Assembly (NCBI GenBank): GCA_047602405.1
Contig: JASGHJ010000001.1
Span: forward strand, 160,001-224,000
Reading direction: 5' to 3'
Length of the DNA stretch: 64,000 nucleotides
Origin: Anaeromyxobacteraceae bacterium
GTDB taxonomy: Bacteria; Myxococcota; Myxococcia; Myxococcales; Anaeromyxobacteraceae
Shown here: in pieces, positions 30,302-41,197 of the stretch
Layout: every line of letters begins with the position of its first letter
Position numbering within the stretch: position 1 is the stretch's first letter
The notes under the pieces: generated by a model
What the model saw: the letters and a program-made list of their open reading frames with translations, nothing else
Databases searched by the model: none
What the model was told of the DNA's origin: nothing
Position numbers and translations under genes: made by a program

Positions 30302-32941
30302 CTAGAAGTCCGAGACCCGGACCTCGTCGCTCCGCGCGCGCGGCCGCCGCGCCGCCGGCAACGCCCTCGCGCCGGCGCCGCTCGCACGGGTCAGCTGGAA
30401 GCTCGCGATCATCGCGCCGAGCTCCTCCGCCTGCGCGGAGAGCTCGCTCGCCGCCGACGAGGACTCCTCGGCGGACGCGGCGTTCTGCTGGGTGACCCGG
30501 TCCATCTCGCCGACGGCCTTCGTCACGCCGTCGATGCCCGCGGACTGGTCCACCCCGGCGGCGGAGATCTCCGACACGATGGCGGTCACCTTGCCGATGC
30601 CGCCGACGATCTCGCCGAGCTTCCCGGCCACGTGCTTCGCGGTGGTCTCGCCGTCGCCGGCCTCCTTCACCGACTGCCGGATGAGCTCCTCGGTCTTGGT
30701 CGCGGCCTCCTTCGCGCGGAGCGCCAGCGACCGGACCTCCTCGGCGACGACCGCGAACCCGCGGCCCGCCTCGCCGGCGCGCGCGGCCTCGACGGCGGCG
30801 TTGAGGGCGAGGAGGTTCGTCTGGAAGGCGATGTCCGAGACGTCCTTGATGATCTGCGAGGTGCCCTCCGCGGAGGCCTTGATGCGCCCCATCACGCCCT
30901 GCATCTGCTCGACGGCCTGCGAGCCGTCGTCCGCGGCGGTCCGGGCGCCCTGGGCGAGCAGGTTCGCCTGCTGGGCGTTCTCCACCGCGTGCCTCGTGAG
31001 CGCCGAGAGCGACTCCACCGAGGCGGTGGTCTCCTGCAGGCTCCCCGCCTGCTGGGAGGCGCCGGAGGCGACGGCCTGGGAGGAGGAGGCGATCTGCGTC
31101 GCCGCCGACGACACCTGCTCCACGGTCGAGGCGACCTGGGCCATGGCGTCCTCGAGGGCCTGGGCGGTGGCGTTGAGCGCGTCCTTGATGCGCGCGTGGT
31201 CGCCGCGGTAGTCGCCGGTCACCCGCGCCGTGAGGTCGCGGCGGGAGAGGGCCTCGAGCGCGCGGCTCGTCTCGGTGATCGGCGCGAGCACCGCGTCGAG
31301 CGTGCGGTTGACGCCGTCCACGATCTTGCGGAAGTCGCCCTGGTGCCGCGCGGCGTCGGCCCGCGTCTCGAGGTGGCCCTCGACGGCCGCCGAGGCGAGC
31401 CGGTTCGCGTCGGCGACGAGCGCGTTCACGGCGTCGATGCAGGTGTTGAGGTTCCGCTTCAGGACGTCGAAGTCGCCGCGGTACTCGGCCGTGATCCTCG
31501 CCGGGATGGCGCCGCGCGAGATCTCGTCGACGTAGCGCGCCGCCACGTTGAGCGGCCCGATGACGGCGTCGAGCGTGTCGTTCACGCCCTGGACGATCTT
31601 CCGGAAGTCGCCCTGGTGCCTCGAGGCGTCGGCCCGGGTCGCGAGCTCGCCCGCGACCGCGGCCTGCGAGAGCGCGCGCGCGTCGTTCACGAGCGCGTTC
31701 ACGGCGTCGATGCAGCCGTTGAGCGAGCGCTTCACGATCGCGTAGTCGCCCCGGAACTCCGCCGTGATGTGGCCGGGGATGGCGCCCCGCGAGATCTCGT
31801 CGAGCGCGCGGGCGGCCACGTTGAGCGGGCCGACCACGGCGTCGAGCGTGTCGTTCACGCCCTGCACGATCTTCCGGAAGTCGCCCGGGTGGCGGGAGGC
31901 GTCCGCGCGGATGGCGAGCTGGCCCGCCACCGCCGCGCCCACGAGCTGCGAGGCGTCGGCGACGAGCGCGTTCACGGTGCCGGTGCACGCGTTGAGCGCG
32001 GCCTTGATGGTGTCGAAGTCCCCCTGCCACTCCTCCTCGATGGGCGGCGGGATCTCGCCGCGCGCGAGCTGGGTGAGGCGGGTGGAGGTCTCCTCGATGG
32101 GACGCCGGAAGCCCTCGACGGCCTCGTTCACGCCCGCGACGATGCCCTGGAAGTCGGGGCCCACCGCCTGCGCGTCGGCCCGGACGTCGAGCTTGCCCGC
32201 CCGGACGGCGCGGGTGATGTCGCCCACGCCGTTCTGCACGGCGGAGAGCTCGGCGAGGAGCTTCGCGCGCACCCACCACCCGATCGCGAGGGCCACGAAC
32301 GCGGCGATGACCGCCACGGTCGCGAGCCGCACGCGGCCGTCCCGGATCACCGCGTCGATCGCGTGCGCCGCGACCTCGGTCTCTCCGTCGACGACCGGGT
32401 CCATGGCGTCGCGCGCCGCGTCCCCGGCGGGCCAGCCCTGCTCGGCGGCCTGCGAGGCGCCCCACGCGTTCGCCGAGGCCTCGACCACCTCCGGGTCGGT
32501 GCGCGTCATGCCCGACCCGAGCAGGCGATCGCGCTCCGCCGCGCCCTTCGCCGCCTCGGCCACGCGGGCGAGCCAGGGATCGAGCACCGCCCACAGCTCG
32601 CGCCAGCGGGCGGTCGCGGCCTCGCCGTGCGGGTGCGCCTCGTACGCGGCGCGGGCCTGTCCGAGCTCCTCGACCGCCTGCTTCAACCCGTCCTGCGCGG
32701 CGCGCCGCTCGTCGAGCGTGGCCTTGTTCACGAACAGCGCCGAGAGCTGGCGCGCGACCGCCGCGCGGCGATCGTTGAGCCGGTTCCACGCCTTGACCGA
32801 CGGGGTCGCGTGCGCCTCGTGGTGCTGCTGGGCGGCGGCGACCGCGGCGAGGCTCACGACGCCGGTGAAGGCGATGAACGCCGCGATGAAGGCGGACGCC
32901 GCGAGCCCGGCGACGACGAGGGTGGAGAGCTTGAGACGCAT
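30302..32941 (-). CDS. Methyl-accepting chemotaxis protein with multiple HAMP repeats
   Basis: Two TM helices flanking a sensor domain; [34 protein letters not shown]. Confidence 0.95.
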   Translation of the reverse strand: MRLKLSTLVVAGLAASAFIAAFIAFTGVVSLAAVAAAQQHHEAHATPSVKAWNRLNDRRAAVARQLSALFVNKATLDERRAAQDGLKQAVEELGQARAAYEAHPHGEAATARWRELWAVLDPWLARVAEAAKGAAERDRLLGSGMTRTDPEVVEASANAWGASQAAEQGWPAGDAARDAMDPVVDGETEVAAHAIDAVIRDGRVRLATVAVIAAFVALAIGWWVRAKLLAELSAVQNGVGDITRAVRAGKLDVRADAQAVGPDFQGIVAGVNEAVEGFRRPIEETSTRLTQLARGEIPPPIEEEWQGDFDTIKAALNACTGTVNALVADASQLVGAAVAGQLAIRADASRHPGDFRKIVQGVNDTLDAVVGPLNVAARALDEISRGAIPGHITAEFRGDYAIVKRSLNGCIDAVNALVNDARALSQAAVAGELATRADASRHQGDFRKIVQGVNDTLDAVIGPLNVAARYVDEISRGAIPARITAEYRGDFDVLKRNLNTCIDAVNALVADANRLASAAVEGHLETRADAARHQGDFRKIVDGVNRTLDAVLAPITETSRALEALSRRDLTARVTGDYRGDHARIKDALNATAQALEDAMAQVASTVEQVSSAATQIASSSQAVASGASQQAGSLQETTASVESLSALTRHAVENAQQANLLAQGARTAADDGSQAVEQMQGVMGRIKASAEGTSQIIKDVSDIAFQTNLLALNAAVEAARAGEAGRGFAVVAEEVRSLALRAKEAATKTEELIRQSVKEAGDGETTAKHVAGKLGEIVGGIGKVTAIVSEISAAGVDQSAGIDGVTKAVGEMDRVTQQNAASAEESSSAASELSAQAEELGAMIASFQLTRASGAGARALPAARRPRARSDEVRVSDF
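31290..32100 (-). repeat. Intragenic ~273-bp (91-aa) tandem HAMP-unit repeats in the MCP
   Basis: CGATCTT(C/G)CGGAAGTCGCCC at 31321, 31594 and 31867 (GDFRKIV units). Confidence 0.8.
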
Positions 32942-33278
32942 GGGGGAAGGTCCTCTCGCGACCGATGGTGATCCGGTAGTAGCCCTTTGCAGCGCGCGGG
33001 CCTGACGCGGGGTTCGCGGAACCTCGCGTAAACCGGTCATGATCCGCCAGGTTCGCCGGTCCGTCCGGGAGGGGCACCACGCACCCGGGGGGTCCTCGCC
33101 CCCGGGGAGGAGGGCCGGCGTTCGACCCTGGGGGCGGCCTCGACCCGGCGAATTGTCCCGTCGATCAGCGCGCGCGGGGATGGCTCGGAACTCGCAATCG
33201 GTCATCGCCCGAAGGCGCTCGACCGGGCCGGCCCCCGCGGCCCGGCGTGCGCCCACCCTCCGACCCGAGGTCCAACGC

Positions 33279-33842
33279 ATGTCGTACCTCCACCGCGCCG
33301 CCCTCCTCGCCACCCTGGCCGCCGCGCTCGTCGCGCGCCCGGCGTCCGCCGAGCCGCTCTCGGCGCACAACCAGGCGCTGCTCGTGGTGAAGGTGCTCGG
33401 CTCCGACAAGGACCTCGCCCGCCGCGCCTCCGGCTCCGCCGTGATCGCCGTCGCCGCCGTGCAGGGCGACGTCCGGGCCGAGGCCCGCCGCGACGCCATC
33501 GTGAACGAGCTGAAGCTCCTCTCGAAGGACGTCCGCCTCCAGGGGCTCGCGCTCGACGCGCGCGCCGTGACCTGGGGCGAGGCCGACGCCCTCTCCCGCG
33601 CCTCCGCGGTCGTGGTGGTGGGCGGCCTCGCCGAGAAGGCCGCCGAGATCGTGAAGCTGACCCGCACGAAGCAGGTGCTCTCGATCGGCGAGGATCCCTC
33701 CGCGGTCGAGCGCGGCCTCGCGGTCGGCGTCTTCGCCCGCGCGGCGAAGGCCGTCATCTCCGCCTCGCTCCTCACCGCGCGGCAGGAGGGCGTGACGTTC
33801 GAGCCGGCGTTCCTGCGCACGGCCGAGCTGGTGGACGAGTAG
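33279..33842 (+). CDS. YfiR/HmsC-like periplasmic protein
   Basis: Signal peptide; [19 protein letters not shown]...[16 protein letters not shown] pattern. Confidence 0.65.
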   Translation: MSYLHRAALLATLAAALVARPASAEPLSAHNQALLVVKVLGSDKDLARRASGSAVIAVAAVQGDVRAEARRDAIVNELKLLSKDVRLQGLALDARAVTWGEADALSRASAVVVVGGLAEKAAEIVKLTRTKQVLSIGEDPSAVERGLAVGVFARAAKAVISASLLTARQEGVTFEPAFLRTAELVDE

Positions 33843-33851
33843 CGCCTGACG

Positions 33852-35126
33852 CTACCCCTCGGGCTCCCGGAGCCCGCGGATCGAGGCGTCCAGGAACTCG
33901 ATCGGGTGCGCGGCGCGCACCGACGTGGACCGCTCGCGCAGCATGCGCAGCACGTGGAGCGTGCAGCCCGGGTTGGCGCTCGCGAGCCACGGCGCGCCCG
34001 TCGCGAGCACGGCCTGGGCCTTGCGCGCCCCGACCTGCTCGGCGGCCTCCGGCTGCACGAGGTTGTAGACGCCCGCGCTCCCGCAGCAGCCCTCGGCCTC
34101 CCCGACGTCCACGACCTCGAGGCCGGGGATGCCGGTGAGGAGGGCGCGCGGCGCCGCGCCGACGCGCTGCGCGTGCGCGAGGTGGCAGGGCGCGTGGAAC
34201 GCCACCTTCGCGGCGATGGGGTGCCGCGGTGCGCGCGGCTCGAGCGAGGCCACGAGCTCGTTCACGTCGCGCACCCGGGCCGAGAAGGCCCTCGCGCGCT
34301 CGAAGAAGCCGTCGCCCTCGAAGAGCCGCTCGCAGTCCTTGAGGTGCGAGCCGCAGCCGGCGGAGTTCACGACGACGAGCTCGACGCCCGCGACCTCGAA
34401 GCGTTCGATGAGCGCGCGCACCATCCGGCGCGACTCCTCGAGCCGGCCCGCGTGCACCGAGAGCGCGCCGCAGCAGCCCTGTCCGCCGGGCACCACGACC
34501 TCGCAGCCCTCCGCGGCGAGCACGCGCGCGGTGGCCGCGTTGACGCCCGGGAAGAAGGTGCCCTGCACGCAGCCGGTGACGAGGCCCACCCGGAGCCGGC
34601 GCGGGCCCTGCGCGGGCACCGCGGCGGGCAGCCGCGCGGCGATCGCCGCGAGCGACACCGGCGGCGCGAGCCCCTCCGCCGCCGCGAGCCGCCGCGACAG
34701 GAGCCGCGTGAGCCCCGTCACCCGCGCGAGCCACGCGAGCCCGGTCGCGCGGTAGAGCCAGAGCAGCACCGCGGCGACGCGCAACCGGCGCGGGTACGGG
34801 AGCACCGCAAAGAGGAGCGCCCGGTGGAGCCGGTCGACCGCGCCCCGCGGCACCGCCCGCTCCCGCGCCGCGCGCGCCTCCTCGATGATCCGGTCGTAGC
34901 GCACGCCGGACGGGCACGCCGGCAGGCAGGCCATGCAGCCCAGGCACCGGTCGAGGTGGAGGGCGACCTCCTCGTCCATCGCGATCCGCCCGTCGCGCAC
35001 GGCCTTCACGAGGTCGATGCGGCCGCGGGGCGAGTCCATCTCGGCGCCCCACACGTGCCAGGTCGGGCAGACCGGCAGGCAGAAGCCGCAGTGCACGCAC
35101 TCGTCGACGTGGGCCCGCGGCGCCAT
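33852..35126 (-). CDS. glcF: Glycolate/lactate oxidase iron-sulfur subunit
   Basis: [24 protein letters not shown], two CCG domains. Confidence 0.9.
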   Translation of the reverse strand: MAPRAHVDECVHCGFCLPVCPTWHVWGAEMDSPRGRIDLVKAVRDGRIAMDEEVALHLDRCLGCMACLPACPSGVRYDRIIEEARAARERAVPRGAVDRLHRALLFAVLPYPRRLRVAAVLLWLYRATGLAWLARVTGLTRLLSRRLAAAEGLAPPVSLAAIAARLPAAVPAQGPRRLRVGLVTGCVQGTFFPGVNAATARVLAAEGCEVVVPGGQGCCGALSVHAGRLEESRRMVRALIERFEVAGVELVVVNSAGCGSHLKDCERLFEGDGFFERARAFSARVRDVNELVASLEPRAPRHPIAAKVAFHAPCHLAHAQRVGAAPRALLTGIPGLEVVDVGEAEGCCGSAGVYNLVQPEAAEQVGARKAQAVLATGAPWLASANPGCTLHVLRMLRERSTSVRAAHPIEFLDASIRGLREPEG

Positions 35127-35128
35127 CG

Positions 35129-36352
35129 CTAGATCCCCCCCACGAACCGGCCCGGCGCGAGCCGGCCCTCCGGGTCGAGCTCGGCCTTCAGCCGCCGCAT
35201 GATCGCGATCCCGGGCGGCGGCGGGCCCCACGGCTCCACCGCGGTCCGGATGCCGCCCGGCGCCTCCGCCACCACGAGCGTCCCGTCGAGCCGGGCCGCC
35301 GCCTCGCGGGCGCGGACGATGGCCGCGGCGGCGTCGAGGGGCGCGGCCTTCGCGGAGACCGTGCCGACCCCGAGCACCGGCTCGAGCGCCGCCGCGCCGC
35401 CGAGCGCGCGCGAGAGCGGCTCCACGACCTCCTTCACGAGCGCGGCGAGCGCCGAGGACGCGGCCGCGACCCGCACGCGGACCTCGCCCTCCGACCGCAG
35501 CGCCGCGTGGCGCCCCCAGAGCTGGGCGGCGCCCGCCGGCGCGAGCCGCTCCGCCGGGACGCCGAGCGGGACCGCGAGCTCCTTGAGCCTCGCCTGCTGC
35601 GCCGCGACGCCGGGGCCGAAGCCCTCGAAGCGCACCGCGAGCACGAGCCGCCCGCCCTCGAGGAGGAGCGACACCGCCGCGGGCTCGAGCTGCGCGTCGC
35701 GGAGCGCCTTCACGACCGCCCGCGCGGCCTCGGCGTCCCGCGGCACGAGCACGGCGGTCTCGTCCACCTCCGGGAGCGGGTGCAGCCGGAACGTCACCGT
35801 CGCGAGGAGCGCGAGCGTGCCGAGCGATCCCACCATGAGCCGCGGGAGGTCGAAGCCGGCGACGTTCTTCACCACCTTGCCGCCGCCGCGCGCGAGCACG
35901 CCGTCGGCGCGGACCAGCGACACGCCCACCAGGAGATCGCGCGAGGTGCCGTAGCGCGTCCGGTGCGGGCCCCACGCGTTCGCGGCCACCACGCCGCCGA
36001 GCGTCGCGCGGTCGGGCGACGGCGGGTCGAGCGCGAGCCGCTGCCCGTGCGGCGCGAGCGCCGCCTGGAGCGCCGCGACCGTGAGGCCGGCCTCGGCGAC
36101 GACGATCTGGTCGGCGGGCTGGTGCTCGACCACGCGGGCGAGGCCGCCGGTGCGCAGGACGAGGTCGAGGCCGGAGGGTGGCGCGCCGAGGCCGAGGTCG
36201 GTCCCGCCGCCCACGAAGCCGACCCGCAGCCGGTCGCGGGCGCACGCCTTCATGACCTCGACCGCCTCCTCCACGCTCGCGGGCTCCGCGACGAGCCGCG
36301 GCGCGACGCCGAGGAGCGCGTCCTCCGCGCGGGCGGGCCGGGGCGGGCTCAC
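35129..36352 (-). CDS. glcE: Glycolate/lactate oxidase FAD-binding subunit
   Basis: ATLGGVVAANAWGPHRTRYG, GGKVVKNVAGFDLPRLMVGSLGTL. Confidence 0.88.
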   Translation of the reverse strand: MSPPRPARAEDALLGVAPRLVAEPASVEEAVEVMKACARDRLRVGFVGGGTDLGLGAPPSGLDLVLRTGGLARVVEHQPADQIVVAEAGLTVAALQAALAPHGQRLALDPPSPDRATLGGVVAANAWGPHRTRYGTSRDLLVGVSLVRADGVLARGGGKVVKNVAGFDLPRLMVGSLGTLALLATVTFRLHPLPEVDETAVLVPRDAEAARAVVKALRDAQLEPAAVSLLLEGGRLVLAVRFEGFGPGVAAQQARLKELAVPLGVPAERLAPAGAAQLWGRHAALRSEGEVRVRVAAASSALAALVKEVVEPLSRALGGAAALEPVLGVGTVSAKAAPLDAAAAIVRAREAAARLDGTLVVAEAPGGIRTAVEPWGPPPPGIAIMRRLKAELDPEGRLAPGRFVGGI

Positions 36353-37803
36353 CAGCGCTCCACCTCCCCGGCGCGCTCCGCCGGGTGGGGACGGTACGGG
36401 CCGGGCTTCTCGCCGCACAGGCGCGGCGTCGGGAAGACCTTGCCCGGGTTGAAGCGGCCGGCGGCGTCGAACGCGCAGCGGACGCGCGCCATCGTCTCGA
36501 GGTCGTCCGCGCCGAACTGGTCGGCCATGTAGGCGGCCTTCTCCGCGCCGACGCCGTGCTCGCCGGTGATGGACCCGCCGAGCCGCACGCACAGCCGGAG
36601 GATGTCGCCGCCGAGCCTCGCCGCGCGCTCCTCCTCGCCGGGCCGCGCGGCGTCGTAGAGCACGAGCGGGTGCAGGTTGCCGTCGCCGGCGTGGAACACG
36701 TTCGCGACCCGCAGGCCGGCCTCGTCGGCGAGCCGCTGGATCTCCCGCAGCGTCCGCGCGATCTCCGAGCGCGGGATGACGCCGTCCTCGACGAGGTAGC
36801 TCGGGCTGATGCGCCCGACGGCGGCGAACGCGCTCTTGCGCCCCTTCCACATGAGCTGCCGCTCGGCCTCGTCCCTCGGCACCGACACCGCGGTCGCGCC
36901 CGCGGCCCGCGCGCAGGCGATCGCCCGCTCGGCGGTGTGCGCGACCTCCGCCTCGGGGCCGTCGACGTCCATGAGGAGGAGCGCGCCGCGGTCCGGCCAG
37001 GCGAGCCCGGTCGCCGCCTTCGCGGCCTGGATGGCGAGCGTGTCCATCATCTCGATCGCCGCGGGCAGGATGCCCGCCGCGATGATGGCCGACACCGCCG
37101 CGCCCGCCTCGTCGTTGCCGGGGAAGGTCGCGAGGAAGGTGCGGGTGGCCTGGGGCTTCCGGAGCAGCCGGAGGGTCACCTCGGTCACGATGCCCAGCAT
37201 GCCCTCCGAGCCGACGAGCGCGGCGAGGAGGTCGTAGCCGGGCCCGTCCGCCACGGGCCCGCCGAGGTCCACCACCTCGCCGCCGTCGAGCACCACCCGC
37301 GCGCCGAGCACGTGGTTCACGGTGAAGCCGTACTTCAGGCAGTGCGCGCCGCCGGAGTTCTCCGAGACGTTGCCGCCGATCGAGCAGATCGACTGCGACG
37401 ATGGATCCGGCGCGTAGTAGTAGCCGCGCGCCGAGACCGCCTTCGTGACGTCGAGGTTGATGACGCCGGGCTCGACCTTCACCCAGCCGTCCTCGAGGTT
37501 CACCTCGAGGACGCGGCGCATCCGCGAGAGCGCCACCACCACCGACTCGGGCGTGGGCCGCGCGCCGCCGGAGAGGCCGGTCCCGGACCCGCGCGGCACG
37601 AGCGGCACGCCCGCCTCGCGGGCGAGGCGCACGACCGCCGCGACCTCCTCGGTCGAGCCGGGGAGGACGACGAGGCGAGGCCTCACCCGCCCGTGGGCCA
37701 GGCCGTCGCACTCGTAGGTCGAGAGCGCCGCGGGGTCGGAGAGGCAGTGCGCCTCCCCGACCACCTCGGCGAGCCGGCGAGCGAGCGGGTCCTCGTGGGC
37801 CAT
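36349..37803 (-). CDS. glcD: Glycolate/lactate oxidase FAD-linked subunit
   Basis: PRGSGTGLSGG, APDPSSQSICSIGGN, HAGDGNLHP, ITGEHGVG. Confidence 0.92.
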   Translation of the reverse strand: MAHEDPLARRLAEVVGEAHCLSDPAALSTYECDGLAHGRVRPRLVVLPGSTEEVAAVVRLAREAGVPLVPRGSGTGLSGGARPTPESVVVALSRMRRVLEVNLEDGWVKVEPGVINLDVTKAVSARGYYYAPDPSSQSICSIGGNVSENSGGAHCLKYGFTVNHVLGARVVLDGGEVVDLGGPVADGPGYDLLAALVGSEGMLGIVTEVTLRLLRKPQATRTFLATFPGNDEAGAAVSAIIAAGILPAAIEMMDTLAIQAAKAATGLAWPDRGALLLMDVDGPEAEVAHTAERAIACARAAGATAVSVPRDEAERQLMWKGRKSAFAAVGRISPSYLVEDGVIPRSEIARTLREIQRLADEAGLRVANVFHAGDGNLHPLVLYDAARPGEEERAARLGGDILRLCVRLGGSITGEHGVGAEKAAYMADQFGADDLETMARVRCAFDAAGRFNPGKVFPTPRLCGEKPGPYRPHPAERAGEVERW

Positions 37804-37816
37804 GGGCCCTCCCGCC

Positions 37817-39610
37817 CTACTTTACGGGCGGGACCGGGATGACGCCCGTGAACACGTACGCCTGCAGGAGCGCGATGATGCCGATGACGGCCGCCCCGGC
37901 GAGCGAGTGCCACCAGACCGCGCGGAAGATCGGGCCGAGCGAGTGCGCCCGCTCCTTCGGATCGTCGTAGCAGGCCGCGCCCGCCACCATGATCGACTGC
38001 GCGTCGATCATCTTGCCCATGACGCCGCCGGTGGAGTTGGTGGCGACGATGAGGACCTCGTTCAGGTTCAGCTGCTGCGCGGTGATGCGCTGCAGGCTCC
38101 CGAAGAGCGCGTTCGAGGCGGTGTCGGAGCCGGTGAGGAACACGCCCAGCCAGCCGAGGTAGGCCGCGAAGAACGGGTAGAGGAACCCGGCGTTCGTGAA
38201 CGCGAGGCCGAGGACCGCGTCGGTGCCGGAGTAGCGGGTGAGGTAGCCGAGGCCGAGCACCTGGCCGATGACGAGCACCGGGGTCTTCATGCGGCCGAGG
38301 GTCCGGCGGACGGCCTCGCCCCACTGCGCGGCGCTCATCTTGAGCACGAGGCCCGAGATGATCGCGGCGACGAACACGCCGGTGCCGGCGGCGGAGAGCC
38401 AGTTGATCGTGAAGCGGGCCGCCTCGGGCTTCGCGTTGACCGCCGCGACCGGCGGCATGCGCTGCACGAGGTTGTGGAGGGCCGGCATGTCCCAGGTCGG
38501 CAGCGAGAGGACGCCGCCGATCTTCGAGCCCAGGAACGTCGAGTCGAACTTCACCGAGGCGAAGAGCCCGTTGAGCGCCTTCTTGAACTCGGGCGCGCCC
38601 CAGAGCGCGCAGCAGGCGATGAGGATCGCCCAGGGCAGCCAGGCGTAGACGGTCTGGCCGACGGTGTACGGGTACTTCCAGGCCGACTTGTCGATGGCCT
38701 CGGCGGTCTTCCCGGCCTCGCGCTCCGCCCGCAGCAGGAAGCGCGTCTTCGGGTGCCACACGAAGCGCAGGAAGAGCGCGGTGCACACGACCGAGGTCAC
38801 GCCCGCGAGCACGTCGGTCATGAGGTGGGTCTCGGGCAGGCCCGAGAAGATCCACTGCGCGACGGCGAAGGAGACGCCGGAGACGACCGCCGCGGGCCAG
38901 ACCTCGAAGACCTCGCCCCAGGTGCCGCCCTCCATCTTCACGAACGCGGCGATGAGCCAGAAGGGCACGAGCACCGAGACGAACGGCAGCTGGCGGCCGG
39001 CCATCGCGGAGAGCGACACCTGGTCGAGGCCGGAGACCGCGGCGAGCGTGACGATCGGCGTGCCGATGGCGCCCCAGGCGACCGGGGCGGTGTTGGCGAG
39101 GAGGTTCAGCACGGCGGACTGGAAGGGCTTGAAGCCGAGGCCCACCATGACCGCGCCGGCGATGGCCACCGGCGTGCCGAAGCCGGAGGTGCCCTCGATG
39201 ATCGCGCCGAACGAGAACGCGATCAGGAGCACCTGCAGGCGCCGGTCGAACGAGATGTGGATGATCGACTCCTTCACGATCTCGAACTTCCCGGTGATGA
39301 CGGTCATCGTGTAGAGGAACATCGCCGCCACGACGATCCAGATGATCCCGAGGAAGCCGGAGAGCGTGCCGAGCGCGAACGCCGACACCGCCGTGCCGAC
39401 CGGCATCCCGAACACGAGGCAGGTGATCAGGAACGCCGCGATGACGCCGAAGAACGCGGCGTACGGCGCGGAGATGCCGAGGTGGCGGACGCCGTCCTTG
39501 TCGCGGTGCGGATGCAGCGCGATGAAGTAGAGCAGCACCGCGATGGGCACCGCGGCGAGGACGGTGGAGAGGAAGACGCTCCCGGTGGGGTTGTAGTTCT
39601 GCTGGTACAT
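37817..39610 (-). CDS. L-lactate/glycolate permease (LctP/GlcA family)
   Basis: EGTSGFGTPVAI, NTAPVAWGAIGTP, FLTGSDTASNALFG, GGVMGKMI. Confidence 0.92.
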   Translation of the reverse strand: MYQQNYNPTGSVFLSTVLAAVPIAVLLYFIALHPHRDKDGVRHLGISAPYAAFFGVIAAFLITCLVFGMPVGTAVSAFALGTLSGFLGIIWIVVAAMFLYTMTVITGKFEIVKESIIHISFDRRLQVLLIAFSFGAIIEGTSGFGTPVAIAGAVMVGLGFKPFQSAVLNLLANTAPVAWGAIGTPIVTLAAVSGLDQVSLSAMAGRQLPFVSVLVPFWLIAAFVKMEGGTWGEVFEVWPAAVVSGVSFAVAQWIFSGLPETHLMTDVLAGVTSVVCTALFLRFVWHPKTRFLLRAEREAGKTAEAIDKSAWKYPYTVGQTVYAWLPWAILIACCALWGAPEFKKALNGLFASVKFDSTFLGSKIGGVLSLPTWDMPALHNLVQRMPPVAAVNAKPEAARFTINWLSAAGTGVFVAAIISGLVLKMSAAQWGEAVRRTLGRMKTPVLVIGQVLGLGYLTRYSGTDAVLGLAFTNAGFLYPFFAAYLGWLGVFLTGSDTASNALFGSLQRITAQQLNLNEVLIVATNSTGGVMGKMIDAQSIMVAGAACYDDPKERAHSLGPIFRAVWWHSLAGAAVIGIIALLQAYVFTGVIPVPPVK

Positions 39611-39874
39611 GCACGATCTCCCGCAGCGAGGTGGAGGACCTCTGCGTCTCGAGTCGACGTGCTACCGGCTGCTCGTGGCGCACATGAGAGTCAGGTTGCC
39701 GCTGATCTGGCAAGCCTCGCCTCGCCGCGCGCTGCGTCACCCTCCGGCCGCATTCACGAAACGTGCAGATCCGTCGGCGGAGGAGGGGTGCCTTCCTCCC
39801 GCCCGGGGCGCACCCCGGCCGGGGTGCGCGGCGCGGCGCATGCACCCGCGCGAGGTGGAGGTTAGGTTCGCCCG

Positions 39875-41197
39875 ATGGCGTCGCCCTCCGTGACCCTCGA
39901 CGTCGCCGGCCGCGAGGTGACGATCACGAACCCGGCGAAGGTCTACTTCCCGCCGGTCGAGGGGAAGCACGCCGGCTACTCGAAGCTCGACCTCGTCCGC
40001 TACTACCTCGCGGTCGCCGACCCGGTGCTGAGGAGCCTGGGCGGCAGGCCGATGGCGATGAAGCGGTACGTCGACGGCATCGCGGGCGAGGCCTTCTACC
40101 AGAAGCGCGCGCCGGAGAAGCGCCCCGACTTCGTCGAGGTCGCGACCTTCTCCTTCCCGTCCGGCCGCACCGCCGAGGAGGTCGTGCTCACCGGCGCGCC
40201 GACGCTCGCGTGGGCGGTGAACCTCGGCTGCATCGACCTCCACCCGCACCCGGTGCGGGCCGACGACCTCGACCACCCCGACGAGCTGCGCGTCGACCTC
40301 GACCCGGTGCCGGGCGTGGCGTGGCCGGACGTCTGCGCCGTCGCGATGGCCGCGCGCGACGTGCTCCGCGACTTCGGCCTCGCCGGCTGGCCGAAGACCT
40401 CGGGCTCGCGGGGCATCCACGTCTGGGTGCGCATCGAGCGCCGCTGGGAGTACCCGCAGGTCCGCCGCGCCGCGCTGGCGCTCGCGCGCGAGGTCGAGCG
40501 CCGCGTGCCCGCGCTCGCGACCTCCAAGTGGTGGAAGGAGGAGCGGCACGGCGTCTTCCTCGACTACAACCAGAACGCGCGCGACCGCACCACCGTCGGC
40601 GCGTGGTCGGTGCGCCCGGTGCCCGACGCGCGCGTCTCGACGCCGCTCGCCTGGGACGAGGTGCCCACCTGCGACCCCGCCACGTTCACGGTCGCCACCG
40701 TGCCCGCCCGGTACGCCGCGCGCGGCGATCCGTTCGAGGGCATCGACGCCGCGCCGGGCTCGCTCGACGGGCTCCTCGAGCTCTCGAGGAAGCACGAGGC
40801 CGAGGGGCTCGGCGACGCGCCCTGGCCGCCGCACTTCGCGAAGGCGGAGGGCGAGGGGAAGCGCGTCGCGCCCTCGCGCGCGCGGAAGCCGGGCGAGAGC
40901 CGGCGGGTGCCGAAGGTGCCGCTCCTCACGATCTCGAAGGCGGCCGCGAAGGCCGACGCGCTCGCCGGGCTCGAGCGCTGGAAGGCGCGCCACCCGGCGG
41001 TGGTCCCGCACCTCGAGGCGGCGGACGTGCTCGTCGACTCGATGCGCGGGCGCTCGTCCACCTGGACGCGCGTGCGCGTGAACCTCGTGCACGTGCCCGC
41101 GGAGCTGAGACCCGCGGAGGAGCCGCCGGAGCCGGACTACGATCCGTGGGAGGGTTTCTCCCCGCCCGCCGGTGCAGACGAGCCCGCCGAGCCCTGA
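39875..41197 (+). CDS. Stand-alone LigD polymerase-type primase-polymerase (Prim-PolC-like)
   Basis: ITNPAKVYFP, FYQKRAP, ELRVDLDP, KTSGSRGIH, FLDYNQNARDRT. Confidence 0.9.
   Translation: MASPSVTLDVAGREVTITNPAKVYFPPVEGKHAGYSKLDLVRYYLAVADPVLRSLGGRPMAMKRYVDGIAGEAFYQKRAPEKRPDFVEVATFSFPSGRTAEEVVLTGAPTLAWAVNLGCIDLHPHPVRADDLDHPDELRVDLDPVPGVAWPDVCAVAMAARDVLRDFGLAGWPKTSGSRGIHVWVRIERRWEYPQVRRAALALAREVERRVPALATSKWWKEERHGVFLDYNQNARDRTTVGAWSVRPVPDARVSTPLAWDEVPTCDPATFTVATVPARYAARGDPFEGIDAAPGSLDGLLELSRKHEAEGLGDAPWPPHFAKAEGEGKRVAPSRARKPGESRRVPKVPLLTISKAAAKADALAGLERWKARHPAVVPHLEAADVLVDSMRGRSSTWTRVRVNLVHVPAELRPAEEPPEPDYDPWEGFSPPAGADEPAEP

Noticed and set aside
27204..33080. Very long Arg/Ala/Gly/Pro-rich ORFs (1958 aa, 1833 aa, 1520 aa, 1234 aa, 1200 aa and others)
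   Set aside because: Shadow frames of real genes in very GC-rich DNA; no motifs, and they overlap well-supported CDSs.
32950..33280. c-di-GMP-I (GEMM) riboswitch upstream of the MCP
   Set aside because: A GCAAA is present on the minus strand but the GGCAAACC..GAAA..GGACGCAAA architecture is not.
33852..39610. Lactate permease-glcDEF operon as a novel system
   Set aside because: Ordinary, well-known glycolate/lactate utilisation arrangement.
39683..39707. Inverted repeat TTGCC-N8-GGCAA upstream of the lactate permease
   Set aside because: Plausible operator, but short, single copy and no cognate regulator in the window.
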